A stretch of DNA of 64,000 nucleotides from contig JAZDMS010000022.1 in NCBI GenBank assembly GCA_043800705.1, forward strand, positions 1 to 64,000, written 5' to 3'. Below the pieces are notes generated by a model. The model was given only the letters and a program-made list of their open reading frames with translations, was not told the DNA's origin and did no database searches. The stretch comes from Candidatus Altiarchaeota archaeon (GTDB taxonomy: Archaea; Altiarchaeota; Altiarchaeia; IMC4; SCGC-AAA252-I15). The translations under genes were made by a program, and so were the position numbers. Below are positions 19,660 to 28,813 of the stretch, one piece after another (position 1 is the first letter of the stretch; every line of letters begins with the position of its first letter).

Positions 19660-20565
19660 CTACTTGCGGGGCGCGTTCCGGTGGGGTGTGGGCCTGATGT
19701 CCATGTGTGTGGGCTTGTCGAGGCCTCTTTCCACGTCGGCAAGCGGTAGCCTGCGCATGAACCCGAACGCCTCCTCGTACTGTCGTGGGTCGAATCTGGA
19801 TGGGGAGAACGTAAGGAGCGAGTCTGCCATGTCCCTCATCTTCTGCAACCGCTTCATCTCGGCCTCGAGGCGCACTTCCTCTTCGGAGGGCGGCCTCTCC
19901 TTCATAGGGCCTTTTATTGCCCTCTCAGCCCTCAAGCCGTTGAGCCGTACAGCGTCCAGCTGCAATGCCGCCTCTATCCGCTCGGTTATCGGCTTCAACA
20001 TGAAGCGCTGCCTCAGCATCTGGTCCAGTTTGCGCAATGCATCGCTTCTGCCCTCTTTTCCTTCGCCAGAATAGATTATGGGTGGCCGAACCACCGTAGG
20101 GTTCCCCTCGACCATGAGGGAGAGGCTGCCCGAACCCCGCTTTATTGTATGCTGCTCTATCTTTCCGTCGGCCCGCTCCGTATAGTATGTGGTCTCGGGC
20201 GTGAGCGCTTTTCTGACGTCTCCCTTGGCCATTAGTATGATTGGGGTGCCGTTCTGGCTCGCCCTCTCCAGCTCCTGTCCGGTCCCGGTCGAGGATACAG
20301 TGAGTTCGGCTATGACGAGGCCAGCCCAGTCGACGCATGCCTGGTCGACGCGGTAACATTCGGCTGCGCGCTTGTGCCTCGGCTTCTCGTTCAGCCACAC
20401 TTCGTTGTCCAGGAGGGCGAACGACGGATTGAGCCCGTACCTGAAACGCAGCATGTTCGCCGTCTGCATCAGGAAGTATATGTGGTTTGGGTACTCCTTC
20501 TCAGGGACGTGTGTTATGGCCCCCACCAGGAAGACATTCCGATTGGCCAGGGGAATCGTATCCAT
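19660..20565 (-). CDS. Nucleoside 2'-deoxyribosyltransferase/RCL-like protein with C-terminal helical extension
   Basis: VFLVGAIT...D...VDWAGLVIAELTVSSTGTGQELERA...PIIL matches the NDT/RCL S.G...E pattern. Confidence 0.6.
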   Translation of the reverse strand: MDTIPLANRNVFLVGAITHVPEKEYPNHIYFLMQTANMLRFRYGLNPSFALLDNEVWLNEKPRHKRAAECYRVDQACVDWAGLVIAELTVSSTGTGQELERASQNGTPIILMAKGDVRKALTPETTYYTERADGKIEQHTIKRGSGSLSLMVEGNPTVVRPPIIYSGEGKEGRSDALRKLDQMLRQRFMLKPITERIEAALQLDAVRLNGLRAERAIKGPMKERPPSEEEVRLEAEMKRLQKMRDMADSLLTFSPSRFDPRQYEEAFGFMRRLPLADVERGLDKPTHMDIRPTPHRNAPRK

Positions 20566-20626
20566 GTAAGATCCTAGGAATGAGGGGGATATAACTGTTA
20601 TATTGCCTGAAACGTATTTTTTATCG

Positions 20627-21769
20627 ATGTGGCAGCAGAAGCACAGTCCGCCATCCCTTGACGCCTTCCTAGGGAAGGCTTCGGCGGAGGAGGCGAGGAA
20701 GTGGGACGGCAGGCCCCTGATCATACACGGCGGCACCGGAACCGGCAAGACCACGCTGGCGCGCCTCATCGCTGCTGACAGGGGATACGACGTCGTCGAA
20801 GTATCCGACGAGAACATAGGCTCTGCGGAGAACATGGCGAACACGGGCAGCATCTTCGGCAACCCAAGGATGCTGCTCATAGAGAACGTCGACGCGATAA
20901 AGGACATCAAGGCGGTCGCCGCCATCGTAGATGACTCGAAAAACCCCATAATCCTCACGACCTCAGACTACTCAAGCAAAAGGCTTTCGACAATCAAGAA
21001 AAAATGCGCCGAGCTTCAGCTCAGGCGCGCCCTGCCGGCATCCATAGCAAAGCACCTGCAGACGATTGCCGAGGCCGAGGGCGTGTCCGTAGAGAAGGCC
21101 GTCCTGGAACAGATTGCCAAAGGCTGCGGAGGCGACATCAGGGCGGCCTTGAACGACCTTGAGACGCTCTCGACGGGGAGAAAGAACGTCCGTGAGGCTG
21201 ACACCGTGGGAGTCAAACCGGAACGCGACAGGCAATCGGACATATACAAGGCGCTCAGCACCATATTCGGCGGAAGGGATTTCGCCAAAGTCGTCGAATC
21301 CACATGGGACCTCGACGAGGAGCTCAGGGACGTCATCTGGTGGGTGGAGGAGAACACGCCCCGCCTATACCAGGACAGGCAGGCCATCCACGACGCATAC
21401 GGCAACCTCTCAAGGGCAGACATATTCATGGGCAGGATAATGAGGAGACAGCACTGGGGATTCCTCAAGTATGCGAACACCCTCATCACCGCGGGCGTGA
21501 ACTCGTCAAGGCCTGCGAAGGTGAACTTCGCCCAGTACATGTTCCCCGGCTACTTCTCGGCAATGGGCAGAAGCAAGGGCGACAGGAAAATAGAGGCCTC
21601 GATTTCCGCAAAAATGGGCCCGAAAGTCCACGCATCGGCGAGATTAATAAGGGGGGAATACATTCCACTTTACAGGCACCTCCTGAAGAACAACAAGGCG
21701 GATATTGAGGGGTTGAGGGGGGAGTACAAACTCGAAGATGAAGAGATAGAGTATTTGACGGGGGCATGA
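20627..21769 (+). CDS. rfcL: Replication factor C large subunit
   Basis: N-terminal W.QKH.P, Walker A GGTGTGKTT, PIILT, GDIRAALNDL, LSRADIF.GRI.RRQHW.FLKYA. Confidence 0.9.
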   Translation: MWQQKHSPPSLDAFLGKASAEEARKWDGRPLIIHGGTGTGKTTLARLIAADRGYDVVEVSDENIGSAENMANTGSIFGNPRMLLIENVDAIKDIKAVAAIVDDSKNPIILTTSDYSSKRLSTIKKKCAELQLRRALPASIAKHLQTIAEAEGVSVEKAVLEQIAKGCGGDIRAALNDLETLSTGRKNVREADTVGVKPERDRQSDIYKALSTIFGGRDFAKVVESTWDLDEELRDVIWWVEENTPRLYQDRQAIHDAYGNLSRADIFMGRIMRRQHWGFLKYANTLITAGVNSSRPAKVNFAQYMFPGYFSAMGRSKGDRKIEASISAKMGPKVHASARLIRGEYIPLYRHLLKNNKADIEGLRGEYKLEDEEIEYLTGA

Positions 21770-22512
21770 TGAAAGTATCAAGATGGGAGTTGAATGCGGG
21801 GATAATACTGGTAGTAATGATGGTTTGCCTCTACGGTCTGCACTTCCTAGTCTTCAAAGACGTCCGAGGGGAGGGATTCCTTATTGTGAACGACCTGGCA
21901 TTCCTCCCGATTCAGATACTCCTTGTATCCCTGGTTTTGGAAAGGCTCCTCAACGAGAGGCAGAAACAGGAGAGGATGGAGAAGCTCAACATGATAATCG
22001 GCGTCTTCTTCAGCGAGGTCGGAACCAAGCTGCTCACATACCTGTCTGACCACGACCCGAACCTCGAGACAATCAAGGGCGACTTGGTAGTCGGAAAGGA
22101 CTGGACGGAAGAGGAATTCAATAAGACATCAAATAAGCTAAAAGGCTACAAATACGGCATAGACATCGAGAAGATAGACATGGAGCAGCTGAGGTGTTTC
22201 CTCCTATCCAAGAGGGACTTCATGCTGCGACTTTCCGAGAACCCCAACCTCCTGGAACATGAGACCTTTACGGAGCTCTTGAGGGCCGCATTCCACCTCA
22301 CCGAGGAGTTCGGCCAGCGCGGTATCCTGTCCGGCATACCCCCGAAGGACAGGGAACACCTCGCAGGCGACGTGAAACGGATTTATGGACTGATAGTCCT
22401 GGAATGGATAAGCTATATGAACCATCTGAGGCAGAATTACCCGTACATGTTCTCGTTCGCGATGAGGACGAACCCCTTCGACCGGAAGGCGTCCGCGACG
22501 ATATGCGAATGA
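21766..22512 (+). CDS. Conserved-looking hypothetical membrane protein (2 N-terminal TM)
   Basis: Translationally coupled to rfcL; DLAFLPIQILLV...EKLNMIIGVFFSEVG...ENPNLLEHETFT. Confidence 0.8.
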   Translation: MMKVSRWELNAGIILVVMMVCLYGLHFLVFKDVRGEGFLIVNDLAFLPIQILLVSLVLERLLNERQKQERMEKLNMIIGVFFSEVGTKLLTYLSDHDPNLETIKGDLVVGKDWTEEEFNKTSNKLKGYKYGIDIEKIDMEQLRCFLLSKRDFMLRLSENPNLLEHETFTELLRAAFHLTEEFGQRGILSGIPPKDREHLAGDVKRIYGLIVLEWISYMNHLRQNYPYMFSFAMRTNPFDRKASATICE

Positions 22513-23024
22513 ATATGGCCAACCCCGCACCTAATCAGCCTGCCTCACGGGGCATCCCCTCAGACGAGAGCCTCTGGCTGCCGCCGCACTACGGCATAGA
22601 GGTGAGGCGAAAGGGGGGCCTGGACAAGACCGTGTACTGGGAGCTTGGCGAAGTCGTCGACTTCGTCTTCCCGAAGAGGTATCAGCCAGTATACCACAGG
22701 GTAGCATCCGAGTTCCTTGGACTGGTCCTTCAGCGGGACTGGGTGACCAAGAAGGAGATCGGCGAGTTCCTCCAAAGGACGGGATACTCGAAAAGCACCC
22801 TCGAGAACAAGGTCATCCCCAAACTCGTCAGGTTCGGGTTCGTCAAAAGGGAGCGGGAGATCACGGCCGGCATGGGCAAAGGCCGCGCCCTCATACTCTC
22901 AGAGTCCCTAACCTTCGCCAACTACCTCGAGAGGATAAGCTTCGCATGGAACATGCAGGTGAGCACCGCCAGGAAAAAGAAGGTAAAAGGCGACCCCGAG
23001 CAGACCATGATAACACAGGATTAA
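22509..23024 (+). CDS. Hypothetical winged-helix protein
   Basis: TKKEIGEFL...YSKSTLENKVIPKLVRFGFVKRER; start at 22509 or 22515. Confidence 0.7.
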   Translation: MNMANPAPNQPASRGIPSDESLWLPPHYGIEVRRKGGLDKTVYWELGEVVDFVFPKRYQPVYHRVASEFLGLVLQRDWVTKKEIGEFLQRTGYSKSTLENKVIPKLVRFGFVKREREITAGMGKGRALILSESLTFANYLERISFAWNMQVSTARKKKVKGDPEQTMITQD

Positions 23025-23285
23025 CAAGGCAAATAAACGAGGTTTTTCAGAAACCGCACCCGCAAGCTGAAATTTCCGGGAAAAGAGGGCATAGGAGTTG
23101 CAATTACAACTAATTACAAAGTAATCATAACAGAAGATTTTTGTTATTTTTTCGTCCGCCCCGCCTCCTATTCGTTCGTTAGTTTCGTTTGTCTGGCAGC
23201 TCGCAATTTTAGGATAACAACGATTATCCGTTCATCAATCGACCATGGCCGATGCATTCAAGGGGTGTTAGTCCCCGCGGTCGGG

Positions 23286-24044
23286 TCAGAATCCCTTGAC
23301 GCGTATCCCTTCCCCTCTGACGAACTCTATCGTGTTTATGTTCTCTGAGTGTTTTGTGGACCGCATCTTCTTTATGATGAGGTGGCGGCCTGTGTCGGGG
23401 CCTGAGACGTTGTAGTGGAGCGTTATGACTCCGTCGGCTATGAACTCCTCCATCCCGTACCTGCCGGTCCGGTGGTCGTCGAACAGGTCTTTCGTGAGGA
23501 TGGATGTGAGTCCGAGGCTTTGGAACTTGTAGTTGATGCCGAGGGTCGTCTTCCGCGAGTCCTCCTGTATCGAGCCGCTCGTGTGCGACCTCCTGGTCTC
23601 GATGAGCGTGTCCAGCGCGCTGAAGCTGTCGACGACTGCCCGTTTCGCCCCTACCTTGTTGGCTGCGTCCTCTATGAGGCCGAGTATGGATTCCATCCCG
23701 AAGCTCGCCGTGGGGGAGAGCGCGAATTGGCTGCCTCTTTCCTTGAATATTATGTCGGAGAGGCTGGCGTCGACGATGGCCAGCTTGCCCTCCCGTTCAA
23801 GCGCTTCGAGGTCGAAGCCCATCACGAGCATCTCCTGTTTGATTCTCATCGGGTGCTGCTCTAGGGTCACAAGGACGCCGGGTTCCCCGTATCTCGTTAT
23901 TCCGTTGCACAGGAATTGGACCGCCAGGGTCGATTTGCCTGTGCCGCAGCCGCCTGCGACAAGGATGACCCGGCCCCTCGGAAAACCGCCTTCTAAAAGC
24001 TCGTCCAAGCCCGCGATACCCGTCGGGCACCTATCGACTTCCAT
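23286..24044 (-). CDS. Single-domain KaiC-like (RecA-superfamily) ATPase
   Basis: Motifs TGIAGLDELLEGG, GGCGTGKS, VTLEQ, RAVVDS, EEFIADGVI, KMRST.H. Confidence 0.92.
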   Translation of the reverse strand: MEVDRCPTGIAGLDELLEGGFPRGRVILVAGGCGTGKSTLAVQFLCNGITRYGEPGVLVTLEQHPMRIKQEMLVMGFDLEALEREGKLAIVDASLSDIIFKERGSQFALSPTASFGMESILGLIEDAANKVGAKRAVVDSFSALDTLIETRRSHTSGSIQEDSRKTTLGINYKFQSLGLTSILTKDLFDDHRTGRYGMEEFIADGVITLHYNVSGPDTGRHLIIKKMRSTKHSENINTIEFVRGEGIRVKGF

Positions 24045-24046
24045 GA

Positions 24047-24607
24047 TTAACCGCCCCCTATTGCCTTGATCTTGGCATCTATCTCTATCTGCTTGCGCTG
24101 GTATCCCTCCATGATGTTGTCGAAGGACTTCTTGTCCATCTCCAGGTATTTCGACTTCGTCATGGCTATCATCCTCTCAACGTCGGCCTTGTCGTCCTTC
24201 AGTTTCTGAAGGTCTGTGGAGCTCGACGCCGATTGGCCCATCACTCCGATCCTGTTCCAGTAGTTTTTGTCAAGGCCGTCGAAGCGGCATTTTGCCTCGT
24301 CTGAGGCCTCCTTCGCCTTGTGCATCTCCATCGAGACCCGGGAATCCATGTCCAATGAGGCATCCTTCCTGCGCCGCCTCACATCGGCCTCGTATTTTTC
24401 CACCTCCTCCTTGAGCTTCCGAAGCTGGGCGCTCTTGAGCATTATCTGCGCGTCGAAGCCGTTTTTCGCATATATGAGGCGGTAGCTGAGGATGAGTGAG
24501 AGTATTCCGAAAAGGCCTGCGACGAAACCCAGGGAGTCAAGATCCGATTGGGCGCTGACTGACGACGCCGCCATCATGACTGCAAGCGCTTTTTTCTTGA
24601 GGTCCAT
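24047..24607 (-). CDS. Membrane-anchored coiled-coil protein
   Basis: Signal-like N-terminus, one TM, coiled coil; C-terminal domain paralogous to part of the upstream gene. Confidence 0.75.
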   Translation of the reverse strand: MDLKKKALAVMMAASSVSAQSDLDSLGFVAGLFGILSLILSYRLIYAKNGFDAQIMLKSAQLRKLKEEVEKYEADVRRRRKDASLDMDSRVSMEMHKAKEASDEAKCRFDGLDKNYWNRIGVMGQSASSSTDLQKLKDDKADVERMIAMTKSKYLEMDKKSFDNIMEGYQRKQIEIDAKIKAIGGG

Positions 24608-24633
24608 TTTTAGACTATATTGAACATGCCCCC

Positions 24634-25854
24634 CTAAAACTTCAACTGCTGGTCGCACATCGGCGAGAGCGTGTTTACCAGGTCTTCGGCCTCCTTCTTT
24701 TCGATGCTGAGTATGATCCCCGCGATTCCGTCCAGGCGCATCCGGTTTATTATGAAGTGGGTGAATTCCTTGACGCTCTTGTTGCTGTTGTATATGAGCA
24801 TGCTCGACAGGGAGTCGAGGAAGATGAACTTTCTTTTACTGATGCTCTGCAGGCCCCGGTCCAGGTACATGCTGACCTCCTCGAGGCTGCTTGGGTTGTC
24901 GACGAATACTACGTTCTTTTCAGGCACCGAAGTGTTTTTTCCGGCCATCCTGCTGATGCAGTCGATGAAATACACGTCCTCCGAGGATAGCCCCGAGGCG
25001 GCAAGGAGGGCGGATATGCTCTCCTGCGGACGGCTCACGCAGATATAGACTCCGCCCATGTTCCTCTGGCGCAGGAGGATGTCCAGTATGGTCGACACCA
25101 CGAGGGTGTCGTTTTCGCTTTTTGTGGAGACCAGCATGACGCTTGCGTCGCCCATACCCCCCATTTTCGACTGGAGCATCGCCTGCTGCTGCCGCCCCGC
25201 TGTGACGGCCCACGGTGCGGCCTTGGCCTGTGTGTCCTTCCCCGCCGCCGGCTCCAGTGCGGCGGTCTGTCTTTTGATCTTGGACTCTATCTCTATCAGC
25301 TTCTTCTGGTATCCTTCGGTTATGTTGCTGAAGCTCTTTTCATCGATGGCGCGCGTGTGGTATTTTATCTTGGTCAGTTCGATCAGGCTGTTTATATCGT
25401 CGCGCTCTAAGACCAGCTTGTCGAGGTTCGGGTCGTCCCCCGGGCCGCCGACCTTGTCGATGCGTTCCCAGTACCTGTCTGTCACGTTCGCCCCCTGTCT
25501 GGCGATTTTCATCCCGTCGGCTATGGGGCCTGATTCGATGGTTTTCCTTTGTTTTTCGATGAACTGTTCCTGCGCTTTTATGCGTCTTTCATCGGCTTCG
25601 AGGCGCGTGTGGTCTTCCCGCAGCTGGGTCTGGAGTTTCTTGATTGAGTCATCGTTTTTCAACGCCTCCGAATTCAGCCGTTTCTTCTGCAGGGTCAGTA
25701 CGAGGTTGATTGCAAGCGACAGGACCGCTATCGAGAACACCGCCAGGATTATGTTCTGGGGGGTCAGCCAGGGCTGTAGGAGGCCGCCAATGTCCGCGAT
25801 AGATGGCTGCGCATCGTACGGCGCGTCCGTCAGCGCGGATTGGAGGTCCATCAT
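24634..25854 (-). CDS. TM + coiled coil + inactive KaiC-like C-terminal domain
   Basis: GVYICVSRP, FIDCIS, PSSLEE, FIFLDSLSSMLIYN; no Walker A. Confidence 0.8.
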   Translation of the reverse strand: MMDLQSALTDAPYDAQPSIADIGGLLQPWLTPQNIILAVFSIAVLSLAINLVLTLQKKRLNSEALKNDDSIKKLQTQLREDHTRLEADERRIKAQEQFIEKQRKTIESGPIADGMKIARQGANVTDRYWERIDKVGGPGDDPNLDKLVLERDDINSLIELTKIKYHTRAIDEKSFSNITEGYQKKLIEIESKIKRQTAALEPAAGKDTQAKAAPWAVTAGRQQQAMLQSKMGGMGDASVMLVSTKSENDTLVVSTILDILLRQRNMGGVYICVSRPQESISALLAASGLSSEDVYFIDCISRMAGKNTSVPEKNVVFVDNPSSLEEVSMYLDRGLQSISKRKFIFLDSLSSMLIYNSNKSVKEFTHFIINRMRLDGIAGIILSIEKKEAEDLVNTLSPMCDQQLKF

Positions 25855-26195
25855 TCATCTTTCGGTTTTTCCGCCGCAGGCCCCTGCGGCTTCTCCTTCG
25901 CCCCGGTCTTCGAGACCTTCTCGAGGTATCTTACGAGGCCTTCCAGTTCGTGCGCGACGTCCTCTCCGAGTTCCGTCAGCTTCACGTATTTTATCCGCCC
26001 GTCCTTGTCGAATTCGACAAGCCCGTATTCCTTCAGTTCCTGGAGGATCTTCAGCGTGTGGGTGTATGTGCAGTCGTTCTCCTTCGACAGGACGGTCGGG
26101 TATTTCTTCTCCTTCTCTTTGAGGCTCAGTATTATTCCGGCAGGCTTCTCGTGCAAAAGGAGCCTTGAGATGTTTCTCTCATCCATAGGGGTCAC
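25851..26195 (-). CDS. Winged-helix (MarR-like) transcriptional regulator
   Basis: YPTVLSKENDCTYTHTLKILQELKEYGLVEFDKDGRIKYVKLTELG. Confidence 0.85.
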   Translation of the reverse strand: MTPMDERNISRLLLHEKPAGIILSLKEKEKKYPTVLSKENDCTYTHTLKILQELKEYGLVEFDKDGRIKYVKLTELGEDVAHELEGLVRYLEKVSKTGAKEKPQGPAAEKPKDE

Positions 26196-26275
26196 CTGAG
26201 TAAGTATATGATTCGATTAATATATTTGACGGAATAGGTGGTTTGTTTTTTCTGGGGTCTGATGGGGGGGTTTCC

Positions 26276-26632
26276 CTATTTTTTAGCCACAGTGACCCTG
26301 AGCCTGCCGTCCGTGCCGTGTTCGACATTCAGCCTCGCGGGGTCTATCGGGGCCGGCGTGGCGTAGCTGTTGTGGAACCTTACGTTGCCCGAGTCGGCGC
26401 GTTCGAGGATCAGGTCCAAGTGTATCGAATCAGGCGATGCGGAGACTTCGACGTCCTCTCTTTCATATCCTCTTACGTCCGCTTCGAGGACGATGTCCGA
26501 GCCCGCCTCCTTGATCTCGGCCCTCAGCTTGATGGTGGCGGGCATGTGGCCCCGGTGCCTTTTGAAGAATGGGGTGACCGTTATCTCCTCCACCATATAC
26601 CGGTGTTCTCTGGAGGCCTTCTGATCGTCCAT
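26276..26632 (-). CDS. Hsp20/alpha-crystallin domain protein
   Basis: EIKE....IVLEADVRGYEREDVEV...F...Y..P..IDP...DGRLRVTV.K. Confidence 0.75.
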   Translation of the reverse strand: MDDQKASREHRYMVEEITVTPFFKRHRGHMPATIKLRAEIKEAGSDIVLEADVRGYEREDVEVSASPDSIHLDLILERADSGNVRFHNSYATPAPIDPARLNVEHGTDGRLRVTVAKK

Positions 26633-26651
26633 GATAAGGATTAGGGGGGCC

Positions 26652-26909
26652 CTATTTAAGCTTCCCTTCGACGGCTTTCCTGAACTGGCTCCATTCGAGA
26701 TCAAGCGCGGTTACTGCCTTTTTAAGCTCGGCCATTGCGTCGTCCGCGTCTATGTGGAGCCTGAATCCCGTCTTCAGCGGGTGCGGCTCGTACCAGTACG
26801 CATCGATCCCGTTCTGGAGGAGGACTCCGCTCAGGGCGAGCGGTATCTCCTTCTCGTCGAACTCCAATTCCAGGGTGTCCTTCTTCTTTTCGACAAACTT
26901 GAATTCCAT
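26652..26909 (-). CDS. rpoL: RNA polymerase subunit Rpo11 (L)
   Basis: 85 aa with Y.EPHPL motif; directly downstream of csl4, the conserved archaeal order. Confidence 0.85.
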   Translation of the reverse strand: MEFKFVEKKKDTLELEFDEKEIPLALSGVLLQNGIDAYWYEPHPLKTGFRLHIDADDAMAELKKAVTALDLEWSQFRKAVEGKLK

Positions 26910-26910
26910 T

Positions 26911-27468
26911 TTAAACCTCGCTGACGTTGCCGAAGTCCGCTGCCAGCTTCCGTTTCTCGATGCGCCTGCATGAGGGGCACTCGAGCCTGTCGGGCTGTTT
27001 GTTTGATTTTACCAGGGGGTGCCTGCAGTTTCTGCAGAACGCCTTGACGACGCCCATTTCCCCTTTGGTGGATATGTCGATGACGTTGCCTTCCATCCTG
27101 ATGATCTTGGCCTTCACGATGTCGCCGATGGCGAAAAATTCTTCGGGCTTGTCCACGTAGCTGTCGGCGATATTCGAGACATATATTGTCGTCTTCTCGT
27201 CTATGTGGCCCTTCTGGCCCTGTATCTTTCCTGCGATGACGGTGACCATGTTGGTCCTGAATCCCGCGACTTCCCCGAATATCGTCTGCCCCAGCGCAAT
27301 AAACGGAAGGTCCTTTCCTTTGACTTCTGCGACGTGTTTGTTGGCGTCGACTGCCTTTAAGCCGATCTTTGCGGCGTAAATTTTGCCGTCTTCGGCGTAT
27401 GTGCCCTTTCCTGGCGTGAATTCCTCGATCGTTCCGAGATACTCCCCAATCATGACTTTAGATTCCAT
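26911..27468 (-). CDS. csl4: Exosome RNA-binding subunit Csl4
   Basis: GEYLGTIEEF.PG.GTY, S1 domain, GVVKAFCRNC...CPSC...EKRKLA. Confidence 0.93.
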   Translation of the reverse strand: MESKVMIGEYLGTIEEFTPGKGTYAEDGKIYAAKIGLKAVDANKHVAEVKGKDLPFIALGQTIFGEVAGFRTNMVTVIAGKIQGQKGHIDEKTTIYVSNIADSYVDKPEEFFAIGDIVKAKIIRMEGNVIDISTKGEMGVVKAFCRNCRHPLVKSNKQPDRLECPSCRRIEKRKLAADFGNVSEV

Positions 27469-27531
27469 CTTTTACCCCTGAATTGAGCTATACTATATGA
27501 AACAAAGGCTTAAAAAGGCCCAGAGCACTTT

Positions 27532-28563
27532 TCATTGGCTGAGGAACCATTCGCTCAACCGCACCTCCTTTAGGTTCCCTACTGTGTGGGTGGCCAATAT
27601 CTTCCTGGACTCAAGCTCGTACACATACCTTGAGACGGATGCTTTGGATATGCCGGTCTTCAGACAAATATCCGCTTGCCGGAGTTTGCCTCCTGAGTCA
27701 CAGAGGACGGAGACCAGGGGCCTCTGTTCGTGGGGTAGCGTCTCGATTATGGATGACATCCCGGCTGAAGGCTTGATGGAGGGTCTTTTTTCTTCGATGA
27801 AGAGTCCCTGCCTTCTCCTCTTGAGAAGCAGGGCATATGCCGCGGATAGTGACATGACAGATGCTAGGATGTAAAACCAGATATTCGTCGACTGTGCCTT
27901 CTCGTTTTCGAGCGGGACCTTGACTTCGAAGAGCCTGCCTTTTTTCAGGTCGACAGTTGTGGACCCGATCATGTTTTGATAAAGCGCGGATATCTTGCAC
28001 TGGCCTTGGGGCAGCCATTCAGCCTTGAATATGCCGTATTCGTCGGTCTGGACTTCATCCTGCCTCCCATAGTCGCTTGAGCAGTCGAATTTGACCCTTG
28101 CCCCGGAGACGATCTTCCCATCCGAGTCTGTTACGGTTCCTATAATACTCCCTGCAGGTTTCATGAGGACAACCCGCTCGGGGCCTTGTTTGTCGGGCTG
28201 CGTCAATGAGACGCTGGAATAGTAGTCCTTCCCGTCGGTTTTTAGATCGTCGGCGCGGGCTATTATGCTCCAACTGCCCTCTTCAAGGTCCAATGTTAGA
28301 GTGCAATTGGGGACGTATCTGAGAGTCTCCACAGGTTCTGCGCCGGCCCTGCTCATGAATAGTTCGATGTGGACGTCGGAGAGGCATTCCCCTGTCGAGA
28401 CGTCCACAAGGCGAAGGACTGCCAGGTTGGATGATTCCTTCGGGGTGTTTGCCGGGAATTCCGGCGGGGATAATAGGCCGTTTTCGAAAGGATTCAGTTG
28501 AGCTATTGCTAAAGATGGCGCGAGCAATAGAACTGAAATGATGCAGATTACTAAGCCCCTCAT
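27532..28563 (-). CDS. Secreted beta-sandwich (carboxypeptidase regulatory-like) domains + TM + cytoplasmic winged HTH
   Basis: Signal peptide; GSIIGTVTDSDG..VSGA.V...TDEYG.F; TM; QADIC..TGISKASVSRYVYELESR. Confidence 0.8.
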   Translation of the reverse strand: MRGLVICIISVLLLAPSLAIAQLNPFENGLLSPPEFPANTPKESSNLAVLRLVDVSTGECLSDVHIELFMSRAGAEPVETLRYVPNCTLTLDLEEGSWSIIARADDLKTDGKDYYSSVSLTQPDKQGPERVVLMKPAGSIIGTVTDSDGKIVSGARVKFDCSSDYGRQDEVQTDEYGIFKAEWLPQGQCKISALYQNMIGSTTVDLKKGRLFEVKVPLENEKAQSTNIWFYILASVMSLSAAYALLLKRRRQGLFIEEKRPSIKPSAGMSSIIETLPHEQRPLVSVLCDSGGKLRQADICLKTGISKASVSRYVYELESRKILATHTVGNLKEVRLSEWFLSQ

Positions 28564-28587
28564 CTCATTAAGAGATGGTAGGGGGGA

Positions 28588-28812
28588 TTAATAATCTGGT
28601 GGGGGCATCTGCGGCGGAGCAATATTCGGAGATTCCTTGAACATTTCCGAAAGGTTCGGTTTCGCCAAAGTAGTGGCCGTCGGCGCCGGCGGCTTTGACA
28701 GCGTAGTCTGCGTCTGTTTCACCGTCGTTGTGGGCTTTGGGTAGTCCTCAGAAGGCTCCATGCAACCTAAGACCAGCATCATGGATAACAGGAGGATTAT
28801 GATGATTTTCAT
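28588..28812 (-). CDS. Small Thr/Pro-rich lipoprotein
   Basis: Lipobox-like VLGC after a hydrophobic leader; starts 1 nt after the upstream stop. Confidence 0.75.
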   Translation of the reverse strand: MKIIIILLLSMMLVLGCMEPSEDYPKPTTTVKQTQTTLSKPPAPTATTLAKPNLSEMFKESPNIAPPQMPPPDY

Positions 28813-28813
28813 C

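Noticed and set aside
19660-20958. Long N-terminal extensions in the ORF track (also 8390-9610, 7866-8303, 54227-54742, 57463-58590, 37845-39002)
   Set aside because: They overlap neighbouring genes or non-coding elements; downstream starts fit better.
23286-24044. Circadian clock KaiC
   Set aside because: Single domain, no S/T phosphosites, and no kaiA or kaiB nearby.
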